A stretch of DNA of 63,644 nt, the filler included, from Folioceros fuciformis (lineage: Eukaryota), in the NCBI GenBank assembly GCA_049999805.1. It is 3 parts of 2 records of this genome, joined end to end, with 100 filler letters (N's around TTAATTAATTAA, not from the genome) between each part and the next. Parts side by side here need not be neighbours in the genome. Positions count along the whole stretch, not along the records: positions 30,317 to 51,243 come from JBNGIO010006328.1; 2 more parts are not named here. The stretch is one strand, 5' to 3'. This document shows positions 36,271 to 48,046 of the stretch, piece after piece. How positions within the stretch are numbered: position 1 is the first letter of the stretch; every line of letters starts with the position of its first letter. A program made the translations under genes and the position numbers. Below the pieces are notes generated by a model. It was not told the DNA's origin. It saw only the letters and a list, made by a program, of their open reading frames with translations, and did no database searches.

Positions 36271-36418
36271 GGGAACTAGCCTAATCCCAAAATGTCATGA
36301 TGTGGAATAACAAAAGGCCTACTTACTACACCATTGCCGAAGAAGGGAACTAGCCTAATCCCAAAATGTCATGATGTGGAATACCAAAAGGCCTACCTAC
36401 TACATCATTGCTGAAGAA
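36271..36418. repeat. Direct tandem repeat, 2 x 74 bp, part of a dispersed repeat also present at about 42677-42820
   Basis: GGGAACTAGCCTAATCCCAAAATGTCATG... at 36271 and 36345. Confidence 0.85.
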
Positions 36419-36921
36419 GCCGCTTGACCTGCGCTTATTGCTGTTCTAAACATCGTGTTGGCCAATGCTCTTTTGCAAAGCAATAGATACGCATTGTCAA
36501 AAAAAAAGGCCGTCATAGAGGAAAGAGGGAGAACCCCATTCTTGTGACTCTGATAAACCTTGGCACACTCCTTGATTAACCTTGATATCTCTAGCCCCAT
36601 GAAAGTATGCCCGTCTTGCAAGGTATAATACTTATGGACTTTGGCATTTGCACAACCCTTCGCTGCCCATCCAAGAAGGTTGATAATGATTGTACTCTCC
36701 CCGTGGTATCCATAACAACCACATCAATGACACAAACTTATTCCCTCCTAATAAAAAAAAGGTCGACTCTAAGGAGGCTACTTTCTTTCCTTCTCGTCCC
36801 TCCACAAATAGAAAAGGGTAAGAGAAAAGAGTACATGGAAGTAAACTACTCTTCATCATATAAACCCAAATAAATATTAATAGAGATCTATGAGATGCTG
36901 GTTACGTTGTTTACCAGGGAA

Positions 36922-39835
36922 TGTCTCTGGAACTACCTAGAATGACGGACATCTACTAAGCATATGCCACTCCACAAGTCAGCGATGGACTATGCCTTCC
37001 TAAGACCATAGCCCCCTATATAGACTAACAATTAGTACTGTCAAATGTATAAGGTTTCAAATCAATGATGATGTTACTTGATCTCCTTCCCACACCTGTG
37101 ATGCTATGGCCAGGAACTTGTGGTGGGATTCATGCCATAGGACACCTTCAGTTGCTGACGCTATATTCCTTCCTCAATCCATGGTGTAGTATCACATGGT
37201 GTACAGAAAGCAGGGTGCACACTTTGTTGAATTGACAAAACACAAGGCTGCTAGACTAACCCTCAAGCACAATCCATAGATGGAGATTACAACTGATGGT
37301 ACAATAAGATCTAGTAGCAAAGACAGGCGTATAGGCGCTCTGCTTGACTATGGCCTTGAAGGCCAAGGCTTTATATGAATTATTGGTAGTCTAGATATTC
37401 CATTGTAAAGCTCCGAAAACCCCTCCCCTCGCTCCAATACAAAATATCAACATCTTACTATCTCCTCTATGTGGCTCCTAAGATCTTCCTTCCCGATTAC
37501 TTCTTACATCGTTGGTTGGGCATTCGTCGTCCTTACCTTGATGGCTTTTCCCCTCAGCTGGCACACCCACGACTGTGCTCCAAACCTCACTATCGCCCTA
37601 TCTGTTGCTAAGGTTAGATAGCCTTCCTCCATATTGTGATGCCTCAAATTTCTAGTGGGAGAACCATGTCTCCCTATCTCCAGTTGTTTCCACTGGTGAT
37701 AGGTACTTTCAACAAGCTGGCAAAGGGTTCTACTAGCCTGCTTGCGTCACCATCTTCCTCGCTACCTTCTTGCCCTTCACGAATATCCTACTTAAATGCT
37801 TCAAGATCTAAGGTTGACACCAACTCCTACCACTTCCCGTACTCGTGACTTCGATCTGAGTTCCTCAAAGATGCTAGCAATACAATAAGCTCACCATGAT
37901 TAATAGGCTGCACATCTAGACAAGCGTTATTACTAACCAACCCTAGGGCCTCCAACCCCACAGAGACTTGATGGAGCCATAGGTTAGCTCATTGCATCAA
38001 AGCTCATGTTGCAGGCCGCTGTGCATTCGAAGCTGGAAGACTAGGCTATAGATATCAAAGGTGACCTAAGTTCCTCAAACTTTTTGTATGACACCAACAA
38101 TAGTGCCTTTTGCAATAGCAAAAACCACAAATCCACCTCCCTCCTAGTTCTAGGTCTCTGCGGGGTCTGTGAGTCGTAAGGAATCCACGGCACACTCGAA
38201 GCCATCATTTTACCTCACTACCTCCCCTTTATGAGGATCTCTCAATGTGGCCCCCTCCTTATGCTCTCACCAACCACCCTCCTATTACAGAGTAGCCATA
38301 TCCCAAAAATACCAAACGCTCACAACCACACAATCACACCTAACTTATCTACCTACTCATAATAACCTAGACACCTTGAAGGTTAGATGCACTTTCTTTC
38401 CCTCAGTCATGGACCTCACAACTTCTTTTCCTCCTTCTTCTAGACATAATCTCAAAGAGCAAGGTCAAATGCCTTAAGAGCATCCATCTGCTTGAATTAG
38501 GCAAAGAACTTCTTCAGGTAGCTAAGACTTACTACCTTCTCTTGAGTCTTGAAGTCTGGTGGTAAGAGTATCTAGGCAACACCCTTAGTGAAGACCTCTT
38601 GTAACAAGAAGGCCCCTTAGCATCGTGGCTTCAGTTTGTACCCTAGCTCCCTCTTCATGTAGTGGCGGATATTAAGCTTTAGGACCCAATCTCCGGGTTA
38701 TAATGTAGACAGCTTCCTTCCTTCATCCAGGATCTCCTTCAGTCTCTTCTTCTTGTGTTCTTCCCTTTGGAGGCCACTCTTCTCACTTCCTCCAACTCGT
38801 TTAGCTCATATGCTAGTTATGTTGTTAGTTGGGGCATGCTTCTAGAAATACGTGTAGAAGGGCGAACATCTATTAGGCATATGCCACTCCAAAGGTCAGC
38901 GATGGACTATGCCTTCCTAAGACCATAGCCCCCTATATAGACTAACAATCAGTACTCTCAAGTCCATAAGGTTTCAAATCAATGATGATGTTACTTGATG
39001 GCCTTCCCACACCTATGATGCTGCGGCCAGGAACTCATGGTGGGATTTGTGTGATAGGACACCTTCAAGCTTCCCACACCTGTGATGCTGCGGCCAGGAA
39101 CTCATGGTGGGATTCGTGTGATAGGACACCTTCAAGCTTCCCAGGATTCGTGTGATAGGACACCTTCAAGCTTCCCACACCTGTGATGCTATGGGTAGGA
39201 ACTTGTGGTGGGATTCGTGTGAAAGGACACCTTTAGCTTTCCACACTTGTGATGTTGTGGCCAGGAATTCGTGGTGGGATTCGTGCGACAGGACACCTTC
39301 ACCTTCCCAACCTACACCTGTGATGTTGGGGCCAGGAATTCATAGTGAGATTTGTACGACATGACACCGTCAGCTGCTGACACTGTATTCCTTCCTCAAT
39401 CCTTCAAGTTTTGTAGTCATGGTACAGTAGCACGTGGTGTATGTAAAGCGGGGTGCACACTTCATTGAATTGACAAAACACAAGGCTGCTAGACTGACCC
39501 CCAATCCATAGATGGAGATTACAGCTCATTGTACAACAAGATCTAGTAGCAAAGACAGGCATATAGGCCCTCTGCTTGACTATGGCCATGAAGGCCAAGG
39601 CTTTATACAACTTCTTGCTAGTCTAGATATTCCATCCTAAAGCTCAAAAACCCCTCCCCTCCTTCCAATACAAAATATCTTACTATCTCCTTTGAGTGGC
39701 TCCTAAGATCTTCCTTCCTCATTGGCTCCTAAGATCTTCCTTCCTGATTGGCTCCTAAGAGATCTCTTCCTCGTGATTGCTTCTTACATGGTTGGCTGGG
39801 CATTCGTCGTCTTCCCTTGATGGCTTTTCCCCTTA
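36922..39835 (+). mobile_element. Non-autonomous LTR retroelement: LTR1 36922-37556, LTR2 38837-39835, about 1.3 kb non-coding interior
   Basis: Two long diverged direct repeats starting TG and ending CA/TA; PBS-like TGGCACACCC after LTR1; G-rich GGGGCA before LTR2; no matching target-site duplication seen. Confidence 0.75.
39002..39370. repeat. About 68-bp tandem array inside LTR2
   Basis: CTTCCCACACCTGTGATGCTGCGGCCAGGAACTCATGGTGGGATTCGTGTGATAGGACACCTTCAAG repeated about 5 times; single copy in LTR1 (about 37086-37150). Confidence 0.88.
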
Positions 39836-40218
39836 AATCTCAAATTTAAGATATAGTACCTTTAGCTTGTTTGAGTTCCACGGTACGTACCTTGTCCGAG
39901 TTCGAGACAACATGCCAAAAAATAAATTTAAGGCGATATAAGTTATTATAAAACATAAAAACGAATGGGCAGAACGGCAGGGCCCGTCTTATCCCTGCCC
40001 ATGAGTGTGATCGTGAGATCCAGTCGTGAGATGGTTGTGAGGTCCAGTCGTGAGATGGTCGTGAGAGCCAATTGAATCAAAATGGCGAAATGGCAGGCAG
40101 TGAAGCTGGTGGTGGCAGGCAGTCTGCGAATGGCCGAAGGCGCCGCGCATCCAGATTCTTTGAACGTGGCGGGATTCTTTAAGCTGCTGGCCAGGACGGT
40201 GAAGCTGGTGGCGTCACG

Positions 40219-40600
40219 CAACTCCTCCGCCCTCTCCTGCTCCAGATCCTTTCGGTTCACGGCCGATCAGTCTGCCGTGGACATGGAGAAGGTGGATCCC
40301 GAGGCGGAATTTCTCAGCGCCAGGACAATGTACAGCCGGACCGTACGACTGTACGACGGCAGCTGCATGGCTTCCTTCTCGGCCTCTTCCTTCCCCCTCT
40401 CCATCGTGGGAGCTCGGAATTTCACTCTAGGGGATGGCATCTCATTCCTCATAAGCTCCCGCCACAGCCATAGCTGCGTCTGATCCTGCCAACGCATCCG
40501 GGGATGTCTAGGTCTGTTCCAGGGTTTGCCCGCGGGGAGTCCGGGTTGGTGACGGCACCAAGATCGTGGCTGTGGAATTTGACACCGTCCCCGACCCCTT
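40219..40600 (+). pseudogene. Partial, disrupted duplicate of the lectin domain of the LecRK at 45158
   Basis: NSSALSCS...ADQSAVDMEKVDPEAEFLSAR... is highly similar to about 45317-45690 but breaks into frameshifts and stops. Confidence 0.8.
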
Positions 40601-40819
40601 GTACTGGGACGTGATCAGCTTTCGGAAGTATGTTTAACTCACATCACTCATACCAGGTAGGCAAATTAAATTGTTGGTTAAAGTCACATAACTGTGGTGA
40701 CGTCGAATGCCATGATATCATCAGCATATGCCAGCTGCGCGCGGGGCAGGTCAAGGAATCACCACTGCCTTTCCACTTGGGTATGCACCAAGAAATCAAG
40801 CACTGTTGCGACGGATTTT

Positions 40820-41330
40820 GTGACATGTCTTTGCCTGCTTCAGGCATGTGCAAGTGTGGTACCCCAGCTTTGGAGAAGTGGAAGCAGGTTCACGTATGCG
40901 CTGGGTCGAGAACAAGGACAATTAGAACATTTGACAGTTCGTAGCAAATATCGTGGTAGACATGCCCAGTGTGGCAGCTTCGAGGCCACTAGACTAAACG
41001 CGTGTTTCACGGCATGGCTGTGAAAGCTGTTGTGACGTGGAATGCTATGATGGGAGGACATGACATTCACAGCAGGGCATAGGACAGGAGGTCCTGCAGC
41101 TTCACACGGTGATGCAAGTCGAAAGCATCGTTGCACCTGATTCTGGGGCACTTGTGTGCCGCCTGTGGGCATGTGCAAGCCAACTTCATGCCCAGGTTCG
41201 AGGTTAGGCCTTGGGCTTCAAGCTCATCTCACCGTAGGCGACAGTGTGACGAAACATGCATGCAAAATCGGAGAGCATGGAAGATGCGTAGCAGTCGCTG
41301 GATGCGTGACACAACACCACCTCTGAAAGG
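40820..41330 (+). pseudogene. Degenerate PPR gene fragment
   Basis: VTCLCLLQACASV and HAQCGSFEA remnants in broken frames. Confidence 0.6.
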
Positions 41331-42949
41331 AAAATCTGTCATGTCGAACACTATTGGAATGCATGAGCTCCGTGCGGTTGACTGAAACTTGTGAAGCTTA
41401 GTTCGGCACTCTCTTATGTGGGTTTCGTTGGTGCTACACGTTTTCGAGGTTGCAAATGAACATGCACGTTTCTTTTCTCCAAGAAGGTTAACGAGTGAAT
41501 TGAAATGTTTTCTGTAGACTAGGATCCGGAACAAGCCGGGGTTGAAATGAATCAGGAGAGGACGGTATCTTCACGTCTCCGATAAGGTTAACCGTTGATT
41601 CGAAACAAGCTGGATTGGGATTCGAACGGAATCAAAACAAGAGCATACCTAAGTATCCCAGTGGCAAAGTATGGGCTAGGTCCAACTGCATAGAATCAAG
41701 AGAAGAACAGACCTAAATATCCCACTGACACAGGACATGGATATGATCCCGGCGTCATTGGGATAGACTACATATGTACACCAGCATAGAATCAAAAACA
41801 GAACAGACCTAAACGGACAACCTTTACGCCGAAACTCTCAATCCGAAGACGCGGCAAGGTCTTGTGATGTGTTGTTGTCGGTCACCACCTGCTCACAGAT
41901 GATAAGATAGGCTCCGATCTGAGAATTGAAGTCGGAAGGAGTGGAGGACGGCCGCAGAGCAACACCGAATCGGAGGACTTGAGTGAAACACAGAATTAAG
42001 ACCGAGGTTGCAACACCGCCTCCACCCGAGCCAGCGAACCTTTTGAAGGAACCCTGGTCGATACAGTTGCCGCGCCTGCATCTTTCTCTCCGGGACCGCC
42101 TTCAGGTAAGGCGTTTGGAATCCTTCCATTCGCTTTGGGACCAAACACGTAGAGCTTAGTAGGAGGTGCAATCGGGCCAACGCCTGCGAACGGAGTGATG
42201 TGCGCCTCCCCCGTGGGAGGATCCCACACCGTGAAGCCCGACATGGTATAAGCTTGACAACTGGCACAAAGCAGAACAAAGTTAAGCAAAAGAAAACCAA
42301 CTTACTCGCTCCCCGGGCGCTTGATCCCCGCTCGCGGTCGCTTTTGTGCCAACTTCACAAAAGAGTCTGAGTCTCAGATTTCACCGTCACTCCCAGCTTT
42401 TATGTGCGTTCGGGTTCTGTACACTTCGCAACCCTCATACCGGGACAAATTTAAATTATTTTAAAAACTTTTTAATAAAATTAATCCTACTTTTATGAAT
42501 TCTTACATATTATGTAAATTTGCAGTTATGTTTTACGGTTTAGTTATCTTTTTTCTGTAAGAAGTTTTGTCATTGAATTGCAACATATACATAGAAATCT
42601 TTCATTAATTAATTAGGGAACTTATGATTAAAATATATTTATAAAACCCAGTATTTTTTATGATTGAAAAAGAGATGGAAAGTCCCATTACTCCAAAGGT
42701 TGGAGAACAACACTAAAACTACCTATTACTCCCAAAATGTCATATGGTAGAATAACAAAAGGCCTACTTACCACCGATGCCGACAAAGCCGCTTGACCTG
42801 CACTTGTTTTTGCTATAAAATGATTTATCCTTCTTCAAAGACAATGATTTACTCTTCCATAATAAAATTAACCACTTTATTTAAATGAATGTAGATCATT
42901 CACGTAGGGTTTAGGTTTTAGGGTTTATTGAATGTCAATAACATCTAGA

Positions 42950-44300
42950 AGATGAAAGTAGTTAGTTATGCCTTTATTGTAATTCAAACATTGTTTTATT
43001 GCTTAAAAGATCATTATCTTAACTTATTGTACAAGATAAAAAGGTACCTACATGACTATTTAAACTCGTTACAATGGAAGCAAGAAAGCCAAACTAATCC
43101 TCAGACATTACAAGAGGCCACTATAGCAGCATCAAATGTGATACTAAATCTAAATGTATGCTTAACATGCACCAATGTCAAAAGAAAGGTATTCAAGATC
43201 CCAAGGTAGATCTAGAGGTAGAGGAGGAGCAATCACCATTGTGAATAAAGGAACAAATGAAATTGCTTGCAAAGAAAGAGCTAGAGGAGATAACAAAGGT
43301 CATGGAAGACAACAAGTAATGCCTAGCTTAAACTGGTGTGTGCTACAATTGTGGAGAGTAGGGACATTTGCTAGGAATTGTCCACATGGGTTTAGGGTTT
43401 AGGGAAATTCTAACTTGAATTTATTAGTTGCCAATCCACTACTATGAGAGTCAGAATTCAAGAAGTCCCTAAAGAGCCCAAATGACATAAGAGGCCACAT
43501 GTTGTGATAACATGTGTTGAGTCATGTAGTATCAAGGATGACACTGATTCAAGGGAATATGAAGCCTTGATTCGAGGGAATATGAAGCCTTAATGTACAT
43601 ATGTAGGAAGATGAATGGTGTAGAAATAAAGGTGTTATTGGATTTTGTAGCCACCCACAATTTCATAACTCCTTTTAAGGCAAGAAAGCTTGGCCTTAAA
43701 TGGGTTAAAACTTCCACACCATATGGAATGAAGCAAGCTAAAGTGACTGTACAATTTTTGGGTGAATTGCATAGAGTAAAGCTATTAGTTGAGGTGTGGG
43801 AAGGAAGTGTGAGTTCCATAGTTGTGGACATGGATGACCATGATATCATCTAGGGCTAGAGTGGATGAGATCCAATGAAGTGCTAAGTGTAGTCACTTAC
43901 CATTGCGATATCCACGAAGCACAAGGTGGTCTTTGCTGGTGTTGCAAGAAGCACAACATGGTTTGTACTAGTGTTAGCAAGAAGCACAAGGTGGTTTGTG
44001 CTAGTATGAGCAAGAGGCTTGGGAGAACATCAATATAGTTGGTTTTAAAAAGAGAGCTCAAGAAGCGATCTCATAAAAAACGAAGGAGGTATTCCAAGGA
44101 TCAGAGGACGACGGTCTTGAACAAGATTCTATATGGAGAAGGAAGTACAAGATGTCTTAGATGAATTTAAGGATTTGATAACAAATGTGTTTCCACCTTT
44201 CTCGTCTTAGAAAGTAGTAAACCATGCAATTGAGTTGAGATCAAGAAGTATGTGTGTGTTGTTGAGAGCACGCATAAATTATAACAAGATAAGTTGTAAG
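42950..44300 (+). mobile_element. Degenerate Ty3/gypsy gag-protease relic
   Basis: Zinc knuckle CYNCGE...FARNCP (about 43341-43385); aspartic protease-like IKVLLDFVATHNFI; pre-RT VQDVLDEFKD...VNHAIEL; many stops; AT-rich. Confidence 0.75.
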
Positions 44301-45157
44301 AACTAAAGCTACAACAAGCAAGGTGATGGTTTTTGAATACGCTAAAGAAACCATTGGAGGTTCTATATTTGTAGGAATATCGATGGTATATGCATGAAAA
44401 GAATATAGTCCAGAGCTAGAATAATATAACCATTCTTAAAATAAGATTAAAATCCTCCAGAGGCGAATGAGCGGAGCATATCCTATCCCAATCTATCCAT
44501 GAGTCTGGTCGTCCAGATCCAGTTGACGACGGTCGGGAGCCTGTACGTCTTTATCGTGACGTAGGCTGGGAATGACTTGGTTGCCAAATGGCAGGCAGTG
44601 AAGCTGCTGGCGGCCGGCAGTCCGCGGATGCCGGAAGGCGCCGCGCGTCCAGATTCTTGCTTTCACTGCTCCAGATTCTTGTTTCCACTGCTGGCTTTGG
44701 CTCTGGCTCCAGCTCTTCCCGCTCCCGGCTCTGGGTGTACCAGCCTCAGGTGCACGGGCCAATCGGGCATTACACCCACAAATATATTCTTGTATGTGCG
44801 CACGGCTTGCCTGCTAAAAGGCATTGGCTGGGCAGCCGTAATGTACGATGGCGCGTGACGGTCATATGGTTGCAGCAGTCTGTGCCATCTGGAGGCTGGG
44901 TTCCATTTGCCATTTGGGCTCGTCAGCTCGCATCCTCTTGTCAGAACACCGTCCTGGCAGTGGCATCCTCGTCCTCCTCCTCTGCAGACCGCAGAGTTAG
45001 GGGGCAGTGTTAGTAGTTAGCGTGTCTGGCAAATTGTGAGCGCCCTCAACATGATGGGCGCGCAGGATCGAGAGGATACCGCTGCCGAGGCCAGGGATAT
45101 TACTCCCAGCTCCCCCCGTTCGCTTCAGGCAAGAAGTGATGCGGATGAGAAGGCGGG

Positions 45158-47578
45158 ATGATGGAGGAAAGGGCAGATGAGGGGACGGACGTGGCGGGGT
45201 TCGGGTTATTACGGTGTAGTGTGTTGGTGAAGCTTGTGGTGCTGTTTTGCGTTGCGGGATTTGCAGTGACATCGGTTGGCAATGCCCAGAATGTGGACTT
45301 GTGGATCCCTTTGTTCAACTCCTCCGCCCTCTCCTGCTCCGGGTCCTTTCAATTCGCGGCCGACCAGTCTGCCGTGGACATGGGGAAGGTGGATCCCGGG
45401 CCGGAATTTCTCAGCGCCAGGGCAATGTACACCCGGCCCGTGCAGCTGTACGACGGCAGCTCCATGGCTTCCTTCTCCACCTCCTTCCTCCTCTCCATCG
45501 AGACAGCTCGGAATTTCAGTCTTGGGGATGGCATCGCATTCCTCATAGCTCCTGCCACAGCTGCGTCTGCGCCTGCCAACGCATCCGGGGGAAGTCTGGG
45601 TCTGTTCCAGGTTTTGCCCACGGGAGAGTCTGTGTTGGGCGACCGCACCAGGATCGTGGCTGTGGAATTCGACACCTTCACCGACCCCTGGGACAAGGGC
45701 GCGGGACACCACGTCGGGCTGGATATCAATAGCGTGGCTTCCGCCAAGCAGGCTCCTTTCCCCGACACCTTCGCTATCGGGAGCGGGAAGGTGGGGGTCT
45801 GGATCGACTACGACGCCCACGCCCTGCAGCTGGAGGTGCGGATGATGATGCAGCACAGCGGGAACTCCACCACCAGCTCACAGCCAGTGCCGCTGCTGGC
45901 CATGGACAAGAGCAATGCCACCCTGGTCCTCGCCTACTCCAACTTTAATCTCTCCGCCTTCGTGCAAGATTTCTCCTACGTGGGATTCTCAGCCTCCGGG
46001 ACGGCCCAGCACGCGCAGGTGAACCGCATCTCTTCCTGGCACTTGACCACATCCGGGCTTCGCTCTCCTGACGCCCCCGGGCCCGCGCCCCTTCCCAGAT
46101 CAGAGGGCAAGCACAGCCGCGGCATCCCGTCGACAGGGGAGAAGGCAGCCGTGGTTGCGGCCGGGCTCTTGGTGGCCTTGTGCCTAGGAGTGGGCGCCAT
46201 AGCCATCTCGGTGCTGCTGCGGAGGAGGAGCAACAAGGGCAATGCCAATGGGGATGCCGGACTTGGCATTGCAAGCTTCCCAAAATTCGACAAGAGGAAG
46301 AAGAGACGGGTGCAGAGGAGGAGGCTGCTGGACGACGCAGGGTGGAGCGGGTCGGAGCTCGGGCTGGCCGGGCCCAGGAGGTTCTCGTACAAGGAGCTAA
46401 GCGTGGCGACAAGGGGCTTCAGCCAGACGGTGGGGAAGGGGGGCTTCGGGNNNNNNNNNNNNNNNNNNNNNNNNNNNNNNNNNNNNNNNNNNNNNNNNNN
46501 NNNNNNNNNNNNNNNNNNNNNNNNNNNNNNNNNNNNNNNNNNNNNNNNNNAGCTGCTTCTGGTGTACGACTACATGCCCAATGGCAGCCTGGACCGATAC
46601 CTCTTCAGACGCAGGAAAAGCGACCTGCCGCCCCTGGACTGGACCCAGCGCTTCAATGTCATCAAGGGCGTGGCCGCCGCGCTGCTCCACCTGCACGAAG
46701 AGTGGGATCAGCCTGTGGTGCACCGGGATGTCAAGGCCAGCAATGTGATGCTGGATGCCGACATGAATGCCAGGCTCACTGATTTCGGGCTCGCCCGCCT
46801 CATGCCCAGCAGCAAGTATTCCCAGACCGTTACAATAACAGCAGGTAGGTCTCCAGCAACAATACTGGACATTGCAAGCATTGCTGTAGCTGCAATTGTG
46901 GGACAGGAATGGCTTACTCACCTTCCCTTCCCTTCCATTTGCTTCGCTTCGCTTCTCGTGTCTGGCGCTGGTGCAGGAACTCCAGGGTACTTGGCGCCAG
47001 AATGCACCTACACGGGCAAGGTGAGTGCGGAATCAGACGTGTTCAGCTTCGGGGTAGTGGTGCTGGAAGTGGTGAGCGGCAGGCGGCCCGTGGACATGAA
47101 GAGGCCTCCCGCCGAGAGGTCGCTGGTGATGTGGATGTGGTCTCTGCACACGCAAGGTGGGGAGGAGGCTCTCCTTCAGGCGGTGGATGCCAGCCTGACG
47201 CCCAGCTGCAGCCGGGACTGGGAGCAGGTGACGCGGGTGCTCAAGGTGGGCCTGCTCTGTGCGCTGCCTCATCCTGCGGGCAGGCCAACCATCCGCCTGG
47301 CGCTGCAGTACCTCATGGGCGTGCAGCCCATCCCGCCGCTGCCTGCACGCGGGCCCGTCTCGCTCTTCGGGGTCAGCACTTCTCTGGACCGCCTCGACAT
47401 CGCCTCCCTCATGACTATGACCACCAGGGAGTTGAGCACTTGCTCGCCATCTCACACCACCGAGCACTCGCTCACTGGTTCATCGGCGCTGCCTCTACTG
47501 CGCAACAAGATGCAAGACCAGGAGTCAGAATCAGCGTCAGTATCATGTCAATGGGCCTCCGCAACGTCTCCGAGGTAG
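45158..47578 (+). CDS. L-type (legume) lectin receptor-like kinase
   Basis: Lectin motifs ASFSTSF, GDGIAF, VAVEFDTF, HHVGLDINS and YVGFSAS; TM helix; kinase motifs GKGGFG, VHRDVKASNVML, DFGLAR and GTPGYLAPE; probable intron near 46845-46977; N-gap in the kinase N-lobe. Confidence 0.93.
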   Translation: MMEERADEGTDVAGFGLLRCSVLVKLVVLFCVAGFAVTSVGNAQNVDLWIPLFNSSALSCSGSFQFAADQSAVDMGKVDPGPEFLSARAMYTRPVQLYDGSSMASFSTSFLLSIETARNFSLGDGIAFLIAPATAASAPANASGGSLGLFQVLPTGESVLGDRTRIVAVEFDTFTDPWDKGAGHHVGLDINSVASAKQAPFPDTFAIGSGKVGVWIDYDAHALQLEVRMMMQHSGNSTTSSQPVPLLAMDKSNATLVLAYSNFNLSAFVQDFSYVGFSASGTAQHAQVNRISSWHLTTSGLRSPDAPGPAPLPRSEGKHSRGIPSTGEKAAVVAAGLLVALCLGVGAIAISVLLRRRSNKGNANGDAGLGIASFPKFDKRKKRRVQRRRLLDDAGWSGSELGLAGPRRFSYKELSVATRGFSQTVGKGGFGXXXXXXXXXXXXXXXXXXXXXXXXXXXXXXXXXXLLLVYDYMPNGSLDRYLFRRRKSDLPPLDWTQRFNVIKGVAAALLHLHEEWDQPVVHRDVKASNVMLDADMNARLTDFGLARLMPSSKYSQTVTITAGRSPATILDIASIAVAAIVGQEWLTHLPFPSICFASLLVSGAGAGTPGYLAPECTYTGKVSAESDVFSFGVVVLEVVSGRRPVDMKRPPAERSLVMWMWSLHTQGGEEALLQAVDASLTPSCSRDWEQVTRVLKVGLLCALPHPAGRPTIRLALQYLMGVQPIPPLPARGPVSLFGVSTSLDRLDIASLMTMTTRELSTCSPSHTTEHSLTGSSALPLLRNKMQDQESESASVSCQWASATSPR

Positions 47579-48046
47579 CCCAGATGTACCTGTGATTCAA
47601 ACGCAGACGAGTGCCAATTTTGTCCAGAAACACCACACAGGACAGTACAGGACAGGACAGGAAAAGAACAGGACGGGACACCCGACTGGACAAGGACGGC
47701 AGCACCACCACAAGCACGAACCACACCCTTCGCCTACAAACTTGTTGCTCTTCAACCTTTATGTAACGTTATGTACATCAAAATCCTTCCTCCACTACTA
47801 CGTCCCATGTGCCAGCCTCTATGTACGTTAGCAGCCATAGAAACTTAATTTGGACCAAAGTTCCCGTCCAGCAGCAATAAATAATCTACAAACTTCTGTC
47901 CGACCAAGGTTCCGACAAAAAAAGCCCAGTCTCCAGTCTAGTGCCACCTGCACAGAGAGGCACTAAGGAGAGAGCACATATCATGGTCAGCAAAATTTAT
48001 CTTAGTTCTATCTCACGTTGCTTTGGAACTACCTTCCTCCAGTGCA

